A stretch of DNA of 64,000 bases from Bispira polyomma (taxonomy: Eukaryota), in assembly GCA_965649765.1 (NCBI GenBank), contig OZ287750.1:34534001-34598000 (forward strand), written 5' to 3'. Positions 24,897-38,413 of this stretch are shown here, one piece after another. The stretch's first letter is position 1. Each line of letters starts with the position of its first letter. Made by a program: the position numbers and the translations under genes. The notes under the pieces were generated by a model that was not told the DNA's origin, made no database searches, and was given only the letters and a program-made list of their open reading frames with translations.

Positions 24897-27800
24897 ATGG
24901 CTACATCCACAGAAAAATGGATTGCCTGTGGAAAAGAAATGGGATTAAAAGAAGCAGCTTTACTCGAGTTTGTCACTCAACATGAAAAAGAGGAAGCCGA
25001 ACGTGATGAGCGGGCCCACCTGAGGTCTATTGAAAAGGAAAAGTGTGAGTCGGAACAAATGAGGCTGGAAGAACACGAACGAGGACGCCAACATGAGAAA
25101 CAAATGAGAGAGATGGAATTGCTGGAGAAAGAGAAAGACAGGGAGCACGAGAGGCAAATGCCAGACAGGACAGGTAGTTTTCCAGTTAGCCCAATGCCTA
25201 CAACTGCTGACGATGTACCTAAAGGTCCGAAACTACCTTATTATGATGACAATAAGGATGATATAGACTCATATATCCGGCGGTTCGAGAGGTATGCAGA
25301 GGCCTGCAAGTGGGACAAGTCCAGGTATGCCACTTACTTGGGGAACTTACTTCAGGGAAAGGCATTGGAGGTTTATGTCAGAATGCCATTAGAAGACATA
25401 TCAGACTACAACAAACTGAAGAATGCATTATTGAGAAGATTTGAAATGACAGAGGAAGGATTCAGGAGAAGATTCCACAGCTCCAGAATGGAAAAGGGGG
25501 AAACTGCGTCCCAATTTATGAGCAAACTTGCCGATTGTTTTGACAGGTGGACAAAACTCGCAAATGTTCCGGAGTCATATGTAGGCCTGCGTGAGTTTTT
25601 AGTAGTGCAACAGTTCTTATTTGCATGTCCAAAGGAAGTTGCCACTCATATTAGGGAGAAGGCATTGAGTAAAACAGATGAGGTAACTTCAACTGCTGAC
25701 TTATATATGGATGCTCATAAAATAAGTCTTTGGTCAGACACAAAGCCAAAAAAGACTGTCAAACAAAGTGTGTCAGAAGAAAAACCAATTGGCCAAGCAG
25801 CTAAAGGAAGTTTTGAGAAGCCAACCAAGACGGGGCATGAGAGTCATGGTGCAAAAAGCTATGGCAACAAATCGAGATCTACAGTTAGGTGTTATAACTG
25901 TGATGGCATAGGACATTATGCAAATGAATGCAGAAAGGCAAAGCATGTAGCAGTTATCCAGGTACAGCAATCACCTGAGGATGAAAGCCCAGTAGACATG
26001 GGGCTTGTTACTACATCCACTTACTGCTCTGTAGAGGAGACCCATGAATGCAAAAGGCATGCCATCAGAATGGGTCGATTAAGATGTCCGACAATCGGAT
26101 CTACAAAACTACTTGTAGAAGATAGCCAGTCCATGAAGAACTTGCCGACCGCAAGGGGCAAATTGAATGGCAAAGATGTAACTGTCCTCCGAGATACAGG
26201 ATGTACCGGAGCAATTGTGAAGAGAAGTCTGGTAGAAGAAGACCAGCTGCTGAACTACAAGTGTAGCTACATCAGCATTGACAGGACGATGAAGCCTGTG
26301 CAAGTTGCGAGAGTGTACATTGTGTCACCAATCTACACAGGTTATTTTGAAGCTTTGTGTGTGGAAGATCCACTGTGTGATGTGGTTATAGGTAATCTAC
26401 CTGAAGTTATCAGACAGAAGCATGACTTACTGCACAATGCCAAGAATAGCATCAGGAATGGCCCAAATGATGGTCAAGGGCCCAAGGAGTCGCATCGTGA
26501 TGAAGATTTGAAGAAACTAGACAACAGTGTCATAACTCAAGCTGTTACAACTAGGCTTGGTCATGAGAAGGCCAAAAGAAAAGACAAACCACTGAAAGTA
26601 ACTGCATTGAAGGATATAGGTGATCCTGCAGATTTCAAGTTAGCCCAAGAGGAAGATGCTTCGTTATTCAAAGAGAGAAAGTGGGCAGAGATTAGGAAAG
26701 TGAAATACAACCCTAAAGCTCACAGTGAAACCTCATTCAGTGTTGTAAAAGGACTTCTTTACAGAATAGTCACCAAGCAGAAATTGGGACTGAACACAGA
26801 GGAAAAACAACTAGTAGTGCCAAAGAAGTACCGCCAAGCTGTGCTGAAGCTAGGACATGAAACGTTATTCGCTGGTCACATGGGCATTGTGAAGACCACA
26901 GACAGAATACAGTCGAACTTTTTCTGGCCAGGCATGCATCTTGATGTCCAGAATTTTTGCAGGTCATGTGACATATGCCAGGGAACAGCTCCAAAGGGCA
27001 GAGTGGCGAAGGTTCCTTTGGGACGAATGCCAATTGTTAATACGCCATTCCAGAGAGTAGCAGTGGACTTGATTGGTCCCATACAACCAGTCAGTTGCCG
27101 AGGCCATCGTTACATCCACACAATGGTGGATATGGCAACAAGATATCTAAAAGCCATGGCACTAAAGAACATAGACTCAGTGACAGTTGCAGAGGCATTG
27201 ATTAAGATGTTTAGTGATGTTGGATTCCCAGTGGAGATGTTAAGTGATCGTGGAACACAATTCACTTCTGGCATGATGAAAGAGGTTGAAAGATTAGTCT
27301 CAATCAAACCTTTAGTGACCAGTCCATACCATGCACAGTGTAATGGTCTGTGTGAGAAATTTAATGGAACATTGAAACAAATGTTAAAGAAGATGGTCGG
27401 GAACAGCCAAAGGATTGGGACCGGTACATTGAACCACTCTTGTTTGCATATCGGGAAACCCCAGTAGAGAGTTTAGCAAGGTTTTCGCCATTTGAAGTGC
27501 TATATGGCAGAACTATTTGAGGCCCTATGTCAGTGCTGAAGGAAGTGTGGTCAAATGAAGAGGTCCAAGAAGAAGTAAAAGATACATATGAGTATGTCCT
27601 TGATTTGAGGGATCGGCTTGAGGAAACCAGGAAGTTGGTGTCTGAGGGTCTGCAGAAAGCCCAGGACAAACAGAAGAAATATTTTGATCGAAAGGCAATT
27701 CAGAGGGAATTGAAAGAAGATGACAAGGTCCTGATACTCCTCCCAACAGATGAAAATAAACTGTTGATGCGTTGGAAGGGACCATACTCAGTCAGAGCCC

Positions 27801-29408
27801 GCATTGGGATGAACAATTATGCTGTGGACATCAATGGGAAGACAAAGGTGTACCACATCAACATGCTGAAACAGTATTTTGATAGGGGCGATTTGGCAGT
27901 GGAAGCCACAGAAGCAGGTGCTATGGGGATCATAGATGATCAAGACAACAATGAGATCAGCCCATTGTAACTAGTAAGATTTTTGGGACACCTAAAGAGG
28001 CCGAAACACATCTGGATGTAAATATAAATGAAAACTTGTCTGGTGGTCAGAAAGAGACTGTCCGAGAACTAGTGGCAAGATATGGAGACATATTTTCGTC
28101 AACTCCAGGAACTACCCACCTGGTGAAGCATGATATAGTGCTAGATGACGACGTGCCAGTGAGGACAAAGCCCTACCCAGTTCCATATGCTAAGTATGAA
28201 GAAATGAAGGCACAAATAAACGAGATGCTAAAACTAGGCATTATCGAAGTTTCTGAATCACCATATTGCAGCCCGCTTGTTATGGTCAAGAAAAAAGATG
28301 GCTCAATGAGGTACTGCCAAGACATGAGAAATATTAACAGAAAGACAAAGTTTGACTGTGAGAGACCTGTGGAAATCGATTCCATATTTGCCAAGCTGTG
28401 TGATGATAGATATTTCTCAAAATTTGATTGCTGCAGAGGTTACTGGCAGATCCCTTTGACAGAAAGAGCGAAAGAGATAACAGGGTTTTCCTCACCCTTC
28501 AGTCACTACCACTTTGTAAAGATGCCATTTGGACTCGTGAACTCTGGAGCAACATATGAGAAAATGATGAGAAAACTATTGGGAAACCTCCAGTGCGTTG
28601 ACCACTATGTTGATGATGTATTGGAACATACCAGAGATTGGTCAGAGCACATGACAGTGATGGAAAACTTCTTCCAAAAGTTTTGACAGGCAAACCTGAC
28701 GTTAAAACCCTCCAAGTGTTACCTTGGATACTTTGAAGCTGACTTTCTTGGACACAAAGTTGTGAGTGGCATGCTAGCTACCCAAGATGATAAGTCAGAA
28801 AAGATCAGAAACTCTCCCATCCCAAGCACCAAGAAACAACTGCGCTCATTCCTGGGATTATGCTCATATTACCGCCGGTACATACCGAACTTTGCTGAGA
28901 TCACGTTTCCACCGACAGAACTGATGGAAAGAAGATGTCAGAAAAGCTGGCCTTAACAGATGTCCACAGAGATGCCATAGAGAAGCTCAAGGAAATCATG
29001 TGCTCAGGTCCCATATTGAAATTACCAAATGTGAAAGAAAGTTTTGTTCTCAGGACCGATGCGTCTAATGTCGGGATAAGTGCTGTGTTGATGCAGTACC
29101 ATGAAGGTGAGCTATTTCCAGTGATGTATGCAAGCAGAAAATTGTTGCCAAGAGAGAGGAACTATGCTGTAATTGAGATGGAGTGTCTTGCGCTTGTGTG
29201 GGCAATTGGTAAATTTGAAGTGTATTTGTATGGCCAAGAATTTACCATTCAGACTGACCATAGGTCATTGGAGTATTTAAACAAAGCCAAGTTCAGCAAC
29301 GCCAGGATTATGCGTTGGGCCCTCAGCTTGCAACCTTACATGTATAAAGTGGAGTACATCAAGGGAGAGGACAGTGTCGGCGCAGACTTCCTGTCAAGGA
29401 ACATTTAA
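24897..29408 (+). pseudogene. Disrupted gag-pol: Gag with SCAN-like capsid region and CCHC knuckle, aspartic protease, integrase, reverse transcriptase (RT), RNase H
   Basis: CYNCDGIGHYANEC knuckle; LRDTGC protease; H-X6-H...C-X2-C and DDE integrase (VAVDLIGP, SDRGTQF, NGLCEKFN); RT DCCRGYWQI, MPFGL, YVDD; RNase H LRTDAS, E.ECLALVWA, TDHRSL, ADFLSR. Frameshifts near 27400, 27900-27960 and 28930; in-frame TGA at 27518 and 28684. Confidence 0.92.
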
Positions 29409-29476
29409 ACCGTGGATGCAATGATTATTGTACAGACATACGGACACCCGAACAACATCCTTAAATGGGGGGATAT

Positions 29477-30243
29477 TGTAGTATATGTTATTTTTCATTA
29501 GGATGTTGTATTACTTTCATATGAATATATGTATTTTATTTGCTGTATTTTTTGTTATGTAATGTTTTAACTGATGAGTTATATATGTATTTTATTTGCT
29601 GTAGTTTTAACTGATGAGTTTATTTGAAGTTGTGGTATTTCAAAATTTGCAGTCTCCATTACGTGTCAGAATAATACACAGGTGAACTGCTGTAAAAGTA
29701 AAGGGAGGTAGTCCACCCTCACCTTTGCACATTTGGAATTTATTGATTAATGTAAAGTTTAAACATAGCCACTGCAAGGCTAAGGTATTTTGCTTTCTCA
29801 TATTTACTTCTGGACACATTTATGTGTTTCTCCAGCTGTATGCAACTTGTCACTTTGACAGTTCAATTATCATGTGCAATACTTTTATTGTTATAAGGCA
29901 TTACTTTCCCCACAGCACAGAATTAGGATGGATAAGTTGGTAACAGCAATCTGAAGATTTCTTTGATTATTCTGAGTTAGTTTTTGATGGAATAAGAAGT
30001 GTTTTCAGCCATTGGGCTAGATATGTAAGATTTAAAAGAATGTATTAATTAGGCAGACCTAATTAATCATTATCTGAACCGTGTTGTTATTATCTAACGA
30101 ACAATTATTAGGCAGACCTAATTAATTGTAATGAAATAGATATATTAGGATTGTTAATGTAATTTCACTGTTAATAAATTTAGAACTATCAAACTGGAAC
30201 TTTATCTGGTAATACAGGCAACTGCACATCTGGTTACACAACA
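29477..30243 (+). repeat. 3' LTR (767 bp, complete)
   Basis: Follows the polypurine tract, runs TGTAGT...ACAACA, has AATAAA at 30173, and is followed by TSD AATTG. Confidence 0.9.
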
Positions 30244-32825
30244 AATTGAGTATAGCCAGAAATGTGACATATAATGCACATATAAGAATTAAACATGCCA
30301 CTAAAAAGAGCGAGTGAGAAGCTTAAAAAAACAAAGAAGCATATATAGAAATAGAGTAGAACCTCTATTTTCCGAACATGTTGGTAGAACAAACATATAA
30401 GATAACAGAATGTTCATAAAAAAATAGGCATTATTGTTTTAAACAATACGAAAACACAAATTTAGAAGAGTAGAGAAAGAGTGAATAAAATTGATTATTC
30501 GGATAACAGAAGTTTAAATATTAGAGGTTAATTATAGTGTATTTTCTGTTCTGTATCAACTAATACTTCATATGACATAGGGCAGTTATACAAAATGATC
30601 TTTAGTACAAAATATTGAAGTTTAAATTGATAGCAAGAGTAATTTACACTTGATTTATACGCGATAATCATCACATTGCTCCAGTTCCCACAGCGTATAA
30701 CAATGGGTTTGGTCAGGCATCACTGAAAATTGTGCATCAAAATCTTGATGTTTTGCATTATATAGATCCATTTCCTAATCTCAGCATTTTATAAAAAGTA
30801 CAGTTTGAGAGGTAGAATAACACTAACCACATACACAAGGCATTTCAGCATAAATAGTTTTTATAATAGTTTTTATTTCTAAAAATTGTGGTCTTTTTGA
30901 ATTTATTGTCATTTTGAACCAGTTACGTGTTGAGAAACTATACATCTTTTTATCCTATGACGTAAATTGGTATCAAAAGAAAAATGGCTTAACATAAATC
31001 ATGTTTTTTGCCGTACCTGAAATATCATATGCAAGTTAAATATTTCCCACTTTTTAGCTCAAATCTCTGTTATTATGTACATATATGACTAACCACCCAT
31101 CATCATCCGCCATATATATATAGTGGTGACACATGTGTGTTCACACTGACAATAGGTATAAACAATATAGAAAGAAGAAATCTCACAATTTTCACTTACT
31201 GTGTCTCCAAATGTATTTTGCTCTATTTAATAAAGTAGATATCAAAAAAAGAATTGGTGATGTATATCTTTTAATAAGATGAACCGTCTGTCCCACTGAT
31301 GATCAGATCATATAGACAAGAAATGGGCAAAGAGACCATGCAGTGTGTTGCAAAAAAACATTAAACGGCTTTGAAGCCTTTTTTTAAAATGTCATTGAAC
31401 TGGTGTCCTGGGCCAAGCAGCCTCAAGGAGAGATGTTTGTGAGATGTACATACGTTTTAAGTATGACCCCTGAGTGACAAATGCAATGCCAAGCTTTAAA
31501 TGGGCTATGTATATGTGTCTGTCTGTCGTTTATTATCCAAACTGGAGTGGACATTCATAGACTCTACTGTCTATAGAGTCACAGGGAGGATAATGAAAGC
31601 AATTCGTAATGTGTACAAATAATATGTGACAATACCCAACTTATATTTTATATTTAACATAAATATGTGCAGATGTATTCTATGTTTTGAGCACCTATAC
31701 TAATTATTGTTATAATATGTGTGTATCTTGTTAATATTTGAATAACCGAACATAATCTAAAACCAATAAAAACCATGTGTGTATTCTTAAGTATATATGG
31801 GTGACAAATACACCTGTTAAGGTGAGGGTATTTGTCATGCAGAATTTTACACATTTTATTTCGGATCAATATATTTTACATATTGTGTCACTTTCATAAA
31901 ATTAATTAATTAAATATATTTTACATACAGTCAAACCATTTTAAGTGGAATTACCTGTTAAGTAGAAGTTATTTTCAGGTCCCATTGCAATATTTATAGT
32001 TAATACTTACTCTGTGAAGTATAATTTTTTAACAGGGGTTTCACTATCTATATATTAAAATATATCAATATATAAATTGGTAAGTTTAATAAAATCACAA
32101 TACAGCCAGATATAGATACATAAGTTTAATTGTTTCTAATCATACATACAGGTATATCCCTTTATACTTTGTACAAACAGCTGATAATTAATTAGTTATC
32201 CCAGGTACACATTACCTAGAGTTTATGGCATATTTTTTTAATTATATTTAATTTATTCATTTTGTTCACCCGTTGAACGCAATGCAGACATAGTTGGATA
32301 AAATTCACTAATGCAAAGTATACTGTACATACATTATTCTAGATTTTAAATTCCTAGACATGCCTGATGTGTTAGCACATCCATTAATTAACGGTCAGCC
32401 CAAGTCGATGGAAAATAAATTACCTTTATGCAAGCATAAAAACTTTATTTTAACTTAAAACACAGATATACACTTCAGTGTTATATCAAAGTGAAAGTGA
32501 ATAACTTCTGAAATTGAATAACTTCTGACAATATTATTCACCTATATAGTCACCAAATTATTCCAAAAAAGAACTACAGACATAAAAAACCTTTATTATC
32601 CAAACATCTTAGGACAGCAACATTTTGTTCAGATAATAGAATGTTGATAAAATAGAACACAAATTTGGGAGAGTGGAAATGAGTTCATAAAACTGAGTAG
32701 TCGCATGATAAAAGTTTGGATAATGAAGATTATTCTGTATTCTAAAATGGTAGGCTGCGCAACGCCCGTAAGGACGTCTTTTGCGCAATGTATAAATTCT
32801 GTTTAAAACACCGTAGATAAAGTGT

Positions 32826-33068
32826 GGCTGTTCCATCCTCGTGAGTTAGTCCCTAACCGTACAAAAATTTCGGCGGGTAATCGAATTTTTGTAAATGTGT
32901 ACGATTTCGGACACTGGTAAAACGCGCGAATGCTAATATTGTCTGCATTACGTACGTACTAACTAAAGATTATTATGTCCTACCTTATAAGTATGTTTTC
33001 CCACAAAATTTTGAAGGGGTTTTGTTTTGCGACCCAGTTTTCATGTGTGTTTATATGATGGAACAGCC
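32826..33068. mobile_element. Small MITE with 12-bp TIR GGCTGTTCCATC
   Basis: ggctgttccatc at 32826 and gatggaacagcc at 33057-33068; no clear TSD. Confidence 0.5.
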
Positions 33069-33148
33069 ATAACAATGGGACCGTGGCTTGTACATTTTAG
33101 GTAAGAAATCTCTGTTAGTTTATAACATTAATGGTTTACCATTTTAGA

Positions 33149-33305
33149 ATAGGAATAAAAAACGTAAACTCGTGCTTTATGCGCATTTTAAACGATCTCT
33201 GGGGTAGTTTTAATGCACTCAGCCCTTCGGGCTTCGTGCATTAAATCTACCCCATCGATCGTTTAAAATGCGCATAAAGCACTCGTTTGTATTTTTTATT
33301 TCTAT
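33149..33305. repeat. About 157-bp near-perfect palindrome (hairpin MITE, possibly Crypton-associated)
   Basis: Arms gtgctttatgcgcattttaaacgatc..tggggtag.tttaatgcac and gtgcattaaa.ctacccca..gatcgtttaaaatgcgcataaagcac surround a central agcccTTCGggct. Confidence 0.85.
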
Positions 33306-36300
33306 AATACACGTACATAATAAATATATCTGTCTTTCTTTCATAATGACAAATACAACATCTATTCAAGTAACTCTTATCACACATCAGTACAAACCCG
33401 TTTTATGTAAAAATATCACAAATAATATTTCTATAAAAAAATTAAATGGTTGACTTTTCTTGCCTCATATATTAGGCATGTTTACATGTATATTAACAGT
33501 TTATTCTATAGAATTTTACCCATGAAAAGTGATGATTAAAAAAACATTGCAAATTAAATTGTAAATCTATAGGTATTTTATAATAACAAATATACATAAC
33601 AGACTTCAGATACTATCATATTTAATTACAAACCTGTTTTATTTGTAGCTGAAATCCAAAGTATATTCCTTTTATAGATAATTAGATAGACTGACTTTCT
33701 TATAATAATGTTCACCTAGATATTAACAATTTAATTATAGAGCAAAAATTAAATCTTCTCTTTCACTTTTGCCCTAAGCTCAATATTCTAATACACTAGC
33801 TGTGCTATATACTCAGAACAGCTATGTAATAGTGAAACGTCAGATGCACAAATCACTAGTGCAACCGATGGAGAGATAAACCTGGTACCTAATAAAACCA
33901 CGCAAACAACAAGCCAGTCTTATATTCTACAGCGCTACCGTAAACTCAGTGAAATTCGCCCCCCGCATCATCTAATTCTAATTGTCGAAATATTACGGTA
34001 ATGTCACTATCCATTTTTTGTTGTCAATTATATTTTCCGTCAGTTTACGCTAAATAACCCAGAGGCAAAAATAGCCATTGCTATAAAAGCATTTTAAATT
34101 TTGGAAGACGTTTATTTCTACGAAGATTTAGGCAGGTTTACTTCACTGTTGGAAATCTGGTCGACTCATCAGCCAGGTATGTTGTTTATAAGTGAATGTT
34201 GGTAGACGGGCGTTTTAGCCACAGCCCAAATGGGAGTGTGTAGGAACTGTGTAAACTAGTTGCAGTTGTGTGTTCCAAGTACTCAGTGATTTCTTTTATC
34301 AGGCGTACTATGGTGTTGTTTTCATTCTGATAACGGTGCCACCTTTTTAGAAATATTATGCAAGTCCTCCATAGATTGATTGGAAGCAATCGACCCGTCC
34401 AAACCGAGGGGGTGTCAGATTGTAGTATATGTAGGGTGCCTGAGTATATAGTGGCCCTTATCAATGTGAGTGTTTTTGACACTGTGGGCCCGCGTCTTTT
34501 TTTTAAACGACAACTCTTGTTTAGTATGTACTCTTCTATTGTTTAAGTAAAAGTAAGACTTGATTTACATATTTGAGTAAATTATATATATATTGGACTT
34601 TATAGCAAGAGGCACACACAAATAGCAGATGTTAACTTGTAGTTTCGACATATGTTTCACATGTTATTCATCATTGCTACTCTGAGCTTTCTCATATGCC
34701 TTTTGGACACGGTAATGGTATGTGGTTTTATGTTCTAGAAACGTCAGTGACGTGAAGCATGAATGATCTATACTTGAAACCTAGCCTTTGCTTGATTCAA
34801 GGCTTTTTTTGTCAATTAAATGCCTCTTATGTTTTATGAGCCTTCTATTGTCCAAACAAAATCTTGCTTTCCCAATATGTTTTGATAACAAAGGTGCTAC
34901 TGTGAAAATAATGTATGGAAATAACATAGCAAGCCTAATTTAATTAATTAAGGCTCAGGTTTGTCAGAAGTCACATATTAGTGTTGAAAATGTGTGAAAT
35001 AACAATACATTATTAATGAATATATTACTATACAAAACTGCACCAAAAATTTAGAGCATCCATAATCATTTTAAAGTATAATTTTATGTAAACAAAGTAC
35101 TACATGAGGTGTCTAGTAAATGTTATTGATTCTGTGAACAAACAGGGCGGAATCCTCTAGAAATGTCTGTTTTTAAATCATATGATGCCCCATTCACACC
35201 TTGGAGATATGACAGGTGGTACCAGGCAGCAGCAGAATGTACTGTAACTTCTCTTTCTTCCTGTCATAATGCCTGGAAAGTGCATTTAGCCTTCAACCCA
35301 AAGCCAGAGACGTCCTTACCTCGTCAGCTCTGAGATATAGGAAGATCTAGCTGTGATTTTAGAACAGTGACCTAATGGTAATGACAAGAAACCACAAAGA
35401 AATAGACGATTACTGGCATGAAAGACTTTAAGTAGTAATACGGATATGTTCGGAAATGGGCAAAATGGCTGGACTCAGGACGACAGAGTTACAGTGATAA
35501 TTTAGTAATTTTTTTGGTAATTTGTGGAAATGGGCGGATTCCGCCTTGTTTTGCCTTAGCAAGTTAATAGTTTTGAAACCTACCAAAATAGGTCCGGGGA
35601 GGAAGCTGAAGTTCAACGAAGTTATAAATAGGGTTCTCCGCCCTACAAGGTGATTTTCAAAACGTTTCTTCCTGCCTCTCCATCCCACCATAGTGTGAAC
35701 ACAACATATATTGATGGATCTGAAACATGTGCTGTTATAGGAATGTGTACCTGTTGTACCTGTATGGATGAAAGTAAATATAACATTGTATAATGCTGCA
35801 AGAAGCAGTGTAGCTGTACACTGAACTGTTGATGGACGTAGTCCTGTCTTTGAATGACGTCACACAAAACATTATAGAAAAAAAATATAACATATTGTTT
35901 AACTAGAATGCTATCGGTAGGGCACATCCCACAACCGTGGCTCGCCACAGTGCCAAAATTTATGAAAAAATCCTGCATCTTTCCTTATACATCAATCTGC
36001 TCAAAAATGAATCTACTGGGTATAGTTGTTTGCATGTAATCCCTGTGACAAACCAACAAACCAACTAATGTTAAATGCTCAAAAACAGGACCTCTTTGAC
36101 AGAGATAATTCTATATTTTAGTGGCTGATATTAATATTTTTGGTATTTTCATTGAGGATTGTGTTAGAATGAAAATAAAGAAACAGTCAGCGTGTGTAAA
36201 AAAATTAAAACAAACGTTATTTTTAAACGTAAAATCCAGCGATGTTGTTTTTTCATTACCTCAGCTAGGAGGTTCGGTTTTCGTCCCTGTCTCTGATGAT

Positions 36301-38413
36301 TTGTTTGTCAGCAGATTTACAAAAAAAGCACCTTCTGAACTATTTTTTTAGCAAACGTGGTGACCCTGGGTTTGCCTTTTTAGCTTTACATAAGACATAC
36401 GATTCTATTTATTATAGTGACATGTAACAGTATTTTTATACAACATATAATTTCATTCATTTACCCAGCCTGTATGGGCATATAAATCACTTTTAAACAA
36501 AAAATTATATATATTTATAGAGTGTACATGTAGACATAGTAACATATATCTTATCTATACAAAGGTGTCCTTCCTTAATTGCTAAGTCAGCCTAAAATAA
36601 TTTACTAATTTTCTTTATATTATAATATATATTTCCTCTTGTGTTAATTGTATAAAATCAGGGTGTATTTCTAAATATTTTTGCATACAAATCTTCTCTA
36701 AAGTGGGGACATATACAAGAAATGTAACTCTTCTGCTACACAATTCAAAGAACATAACTGACAATATATTTCTTCAGCTTTAATATTTATAAAACGAACG
36801 GCTTTTATTTTAATAGTTGTAACTTGAAAATAATTGACTTAGAAGTTGTAAGATACCACATTAAAATTGTACAGACAAGTTAGTTACATACAAGTTAGAG
36901 GGCACAGGGCAGATTGACCCAAAACTATATATTCTGGAATTGTCAGAGCAGCCCAAGGGTCTTTGTATACACTAAAACGGAAATTATAGTGCACAAAATA
37001 TATACCAGTAAGAGGAATTGAAAAAAAAACACCAAAATAAATAACTCAATTGAACAGAAGGAGGACATTCCAGCCATTTACGTCATAGTTTTCATGATAA
37101 TTGCATGACAAAATGTTGAATCAGGAAGGCCATTTAACCATCAACGTGTAACACGATATATTATTTACATCCTTTTAGCATTCTTGTAACTTTTTATTTT
37201 TAAGAAGAAAATGTATGGCCTATGGAGTCCTGGAGGGGACAATGCATTTTTTTTAGCCAGATTACTTCGTGCTCGCAGATTAATAAATGTTGAGCACAGT
37301 TTAATTAAAGCGTGAGCACAGTTTATTAAATGATCTACGTAGAAATATTTACAATGTCCTCCACAGGGCACCATAAAGGCCTGACTTCACTAGAAAAACA
37401 ATTATACTTTAAGATTACATCTGAAGTCTGTGAGCTGTCATTTGAAACACAAAGAAAACTAAAAGTTAGTTAATGTATCCACTTGGGTTTTTTTGTCTCA
37501 TTTACAATAATAATTTATAATATATAACCATTTAAGAACTAAATACAAAGGACAAGTCAAATCTAAAAGCTGATTAATGACAGAAAGGATATTATTTACA
37601 TACACACTGTAAACTCGATAGGATTAGCAAAAAAATAAAATAAATAAAAAAAAAATAACAAAAAGGAAAAAATGGGACTTCTTTGTTGTCAAATAAAAGG
37701 TATTACGTTGGTGAAATAAAAGTTAAACACAAATATATTACATTTGTCCTGTAGCCCAACAAAAAAGTTTAGTTTTTGCTTGAGCAAATTATATTTTTCC
37801 TAGGCAAAACATATTATTCAGTTAACTCTTTGTAAGTTAATGGAAACAATGAAGCATTTCCAAAGAGATAGAAGACATACACGACTTTACTGGTGATCAA
37901 CCCATTAAAGATGCTTATTTTCTCTTTTAAAAAAATCCCATTATTTTAGGTAAATATTGCAGCTTTATAATGTTCTCATATAGTACACGTCGCTGTAGAA
38001 GTTACCACCGGAAAATTAACTGACCTGGATGATGAAAACGAAAATTGTTTTCATAACCGGTGACATAGAAAACACAAATAGTGATTACTAGATAACATCG
38101 ACTGTTTAAACACTGAGTCAAAATAACATATTACCCCAGGTACTTTTTAAAAACACTTTTACAAAAGTCACTTATAAATAAAACCAATCCTATACAAAGA
38201 ATCAATTATAGAACCAGCCCAGTGATATTATAATCGTTTAGGACACACATGTTTTAGGCAGTCAGTTCTAATCCCTTTTAAACCCATCACAGAATTCCAA
38301 TATAAATGTGTCAATTATATATATTTATGTAACGCCCCCATATAGGGATAGTAACGAGAAATTTTCTATCGCGCACTCATTCAGAACAGGATTTGTCTTA
38401 CAGTAAAAGTTTA

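Larger units (their letters stand above)
23956..30243 (+). mobile_element. Ty3/Gypsy LTR retrotransposon, Gmr1-like (gag-PR-INT-RT-RH), degenerate, 6288 bp
   Basis: TG...CA termini, 5-bp TSD AATTG (23951-23955 and 30244-30248), near-identical LTRs, a polypurine tract just before 29477, and internal gag/pol motifs. Confidence 0.95.

Noticed and set aside
27518-28686. Programmed read-through or selenocysteine at the TGA codons in pol
   Set aside because: They are accompanied by several frameshifts and sit at probable Arg positions; simple decay explains them.
34186-34546. ORFs in a GC-richer patch with a short similarity to about 49965-50000
   Set aside because: No recognisable domain or splice structure; probably a fragment of an unclassified repeat.
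34728-34760. Heat-shock element plus CRE (gTTCtaGAAacGTCa...TGACGT) as the sHSP promoter
   Set aside because: Only two perfect nGAAn units, about 11 kb from the CDS, with no transcription-start evidence; such matches are expected by chance.
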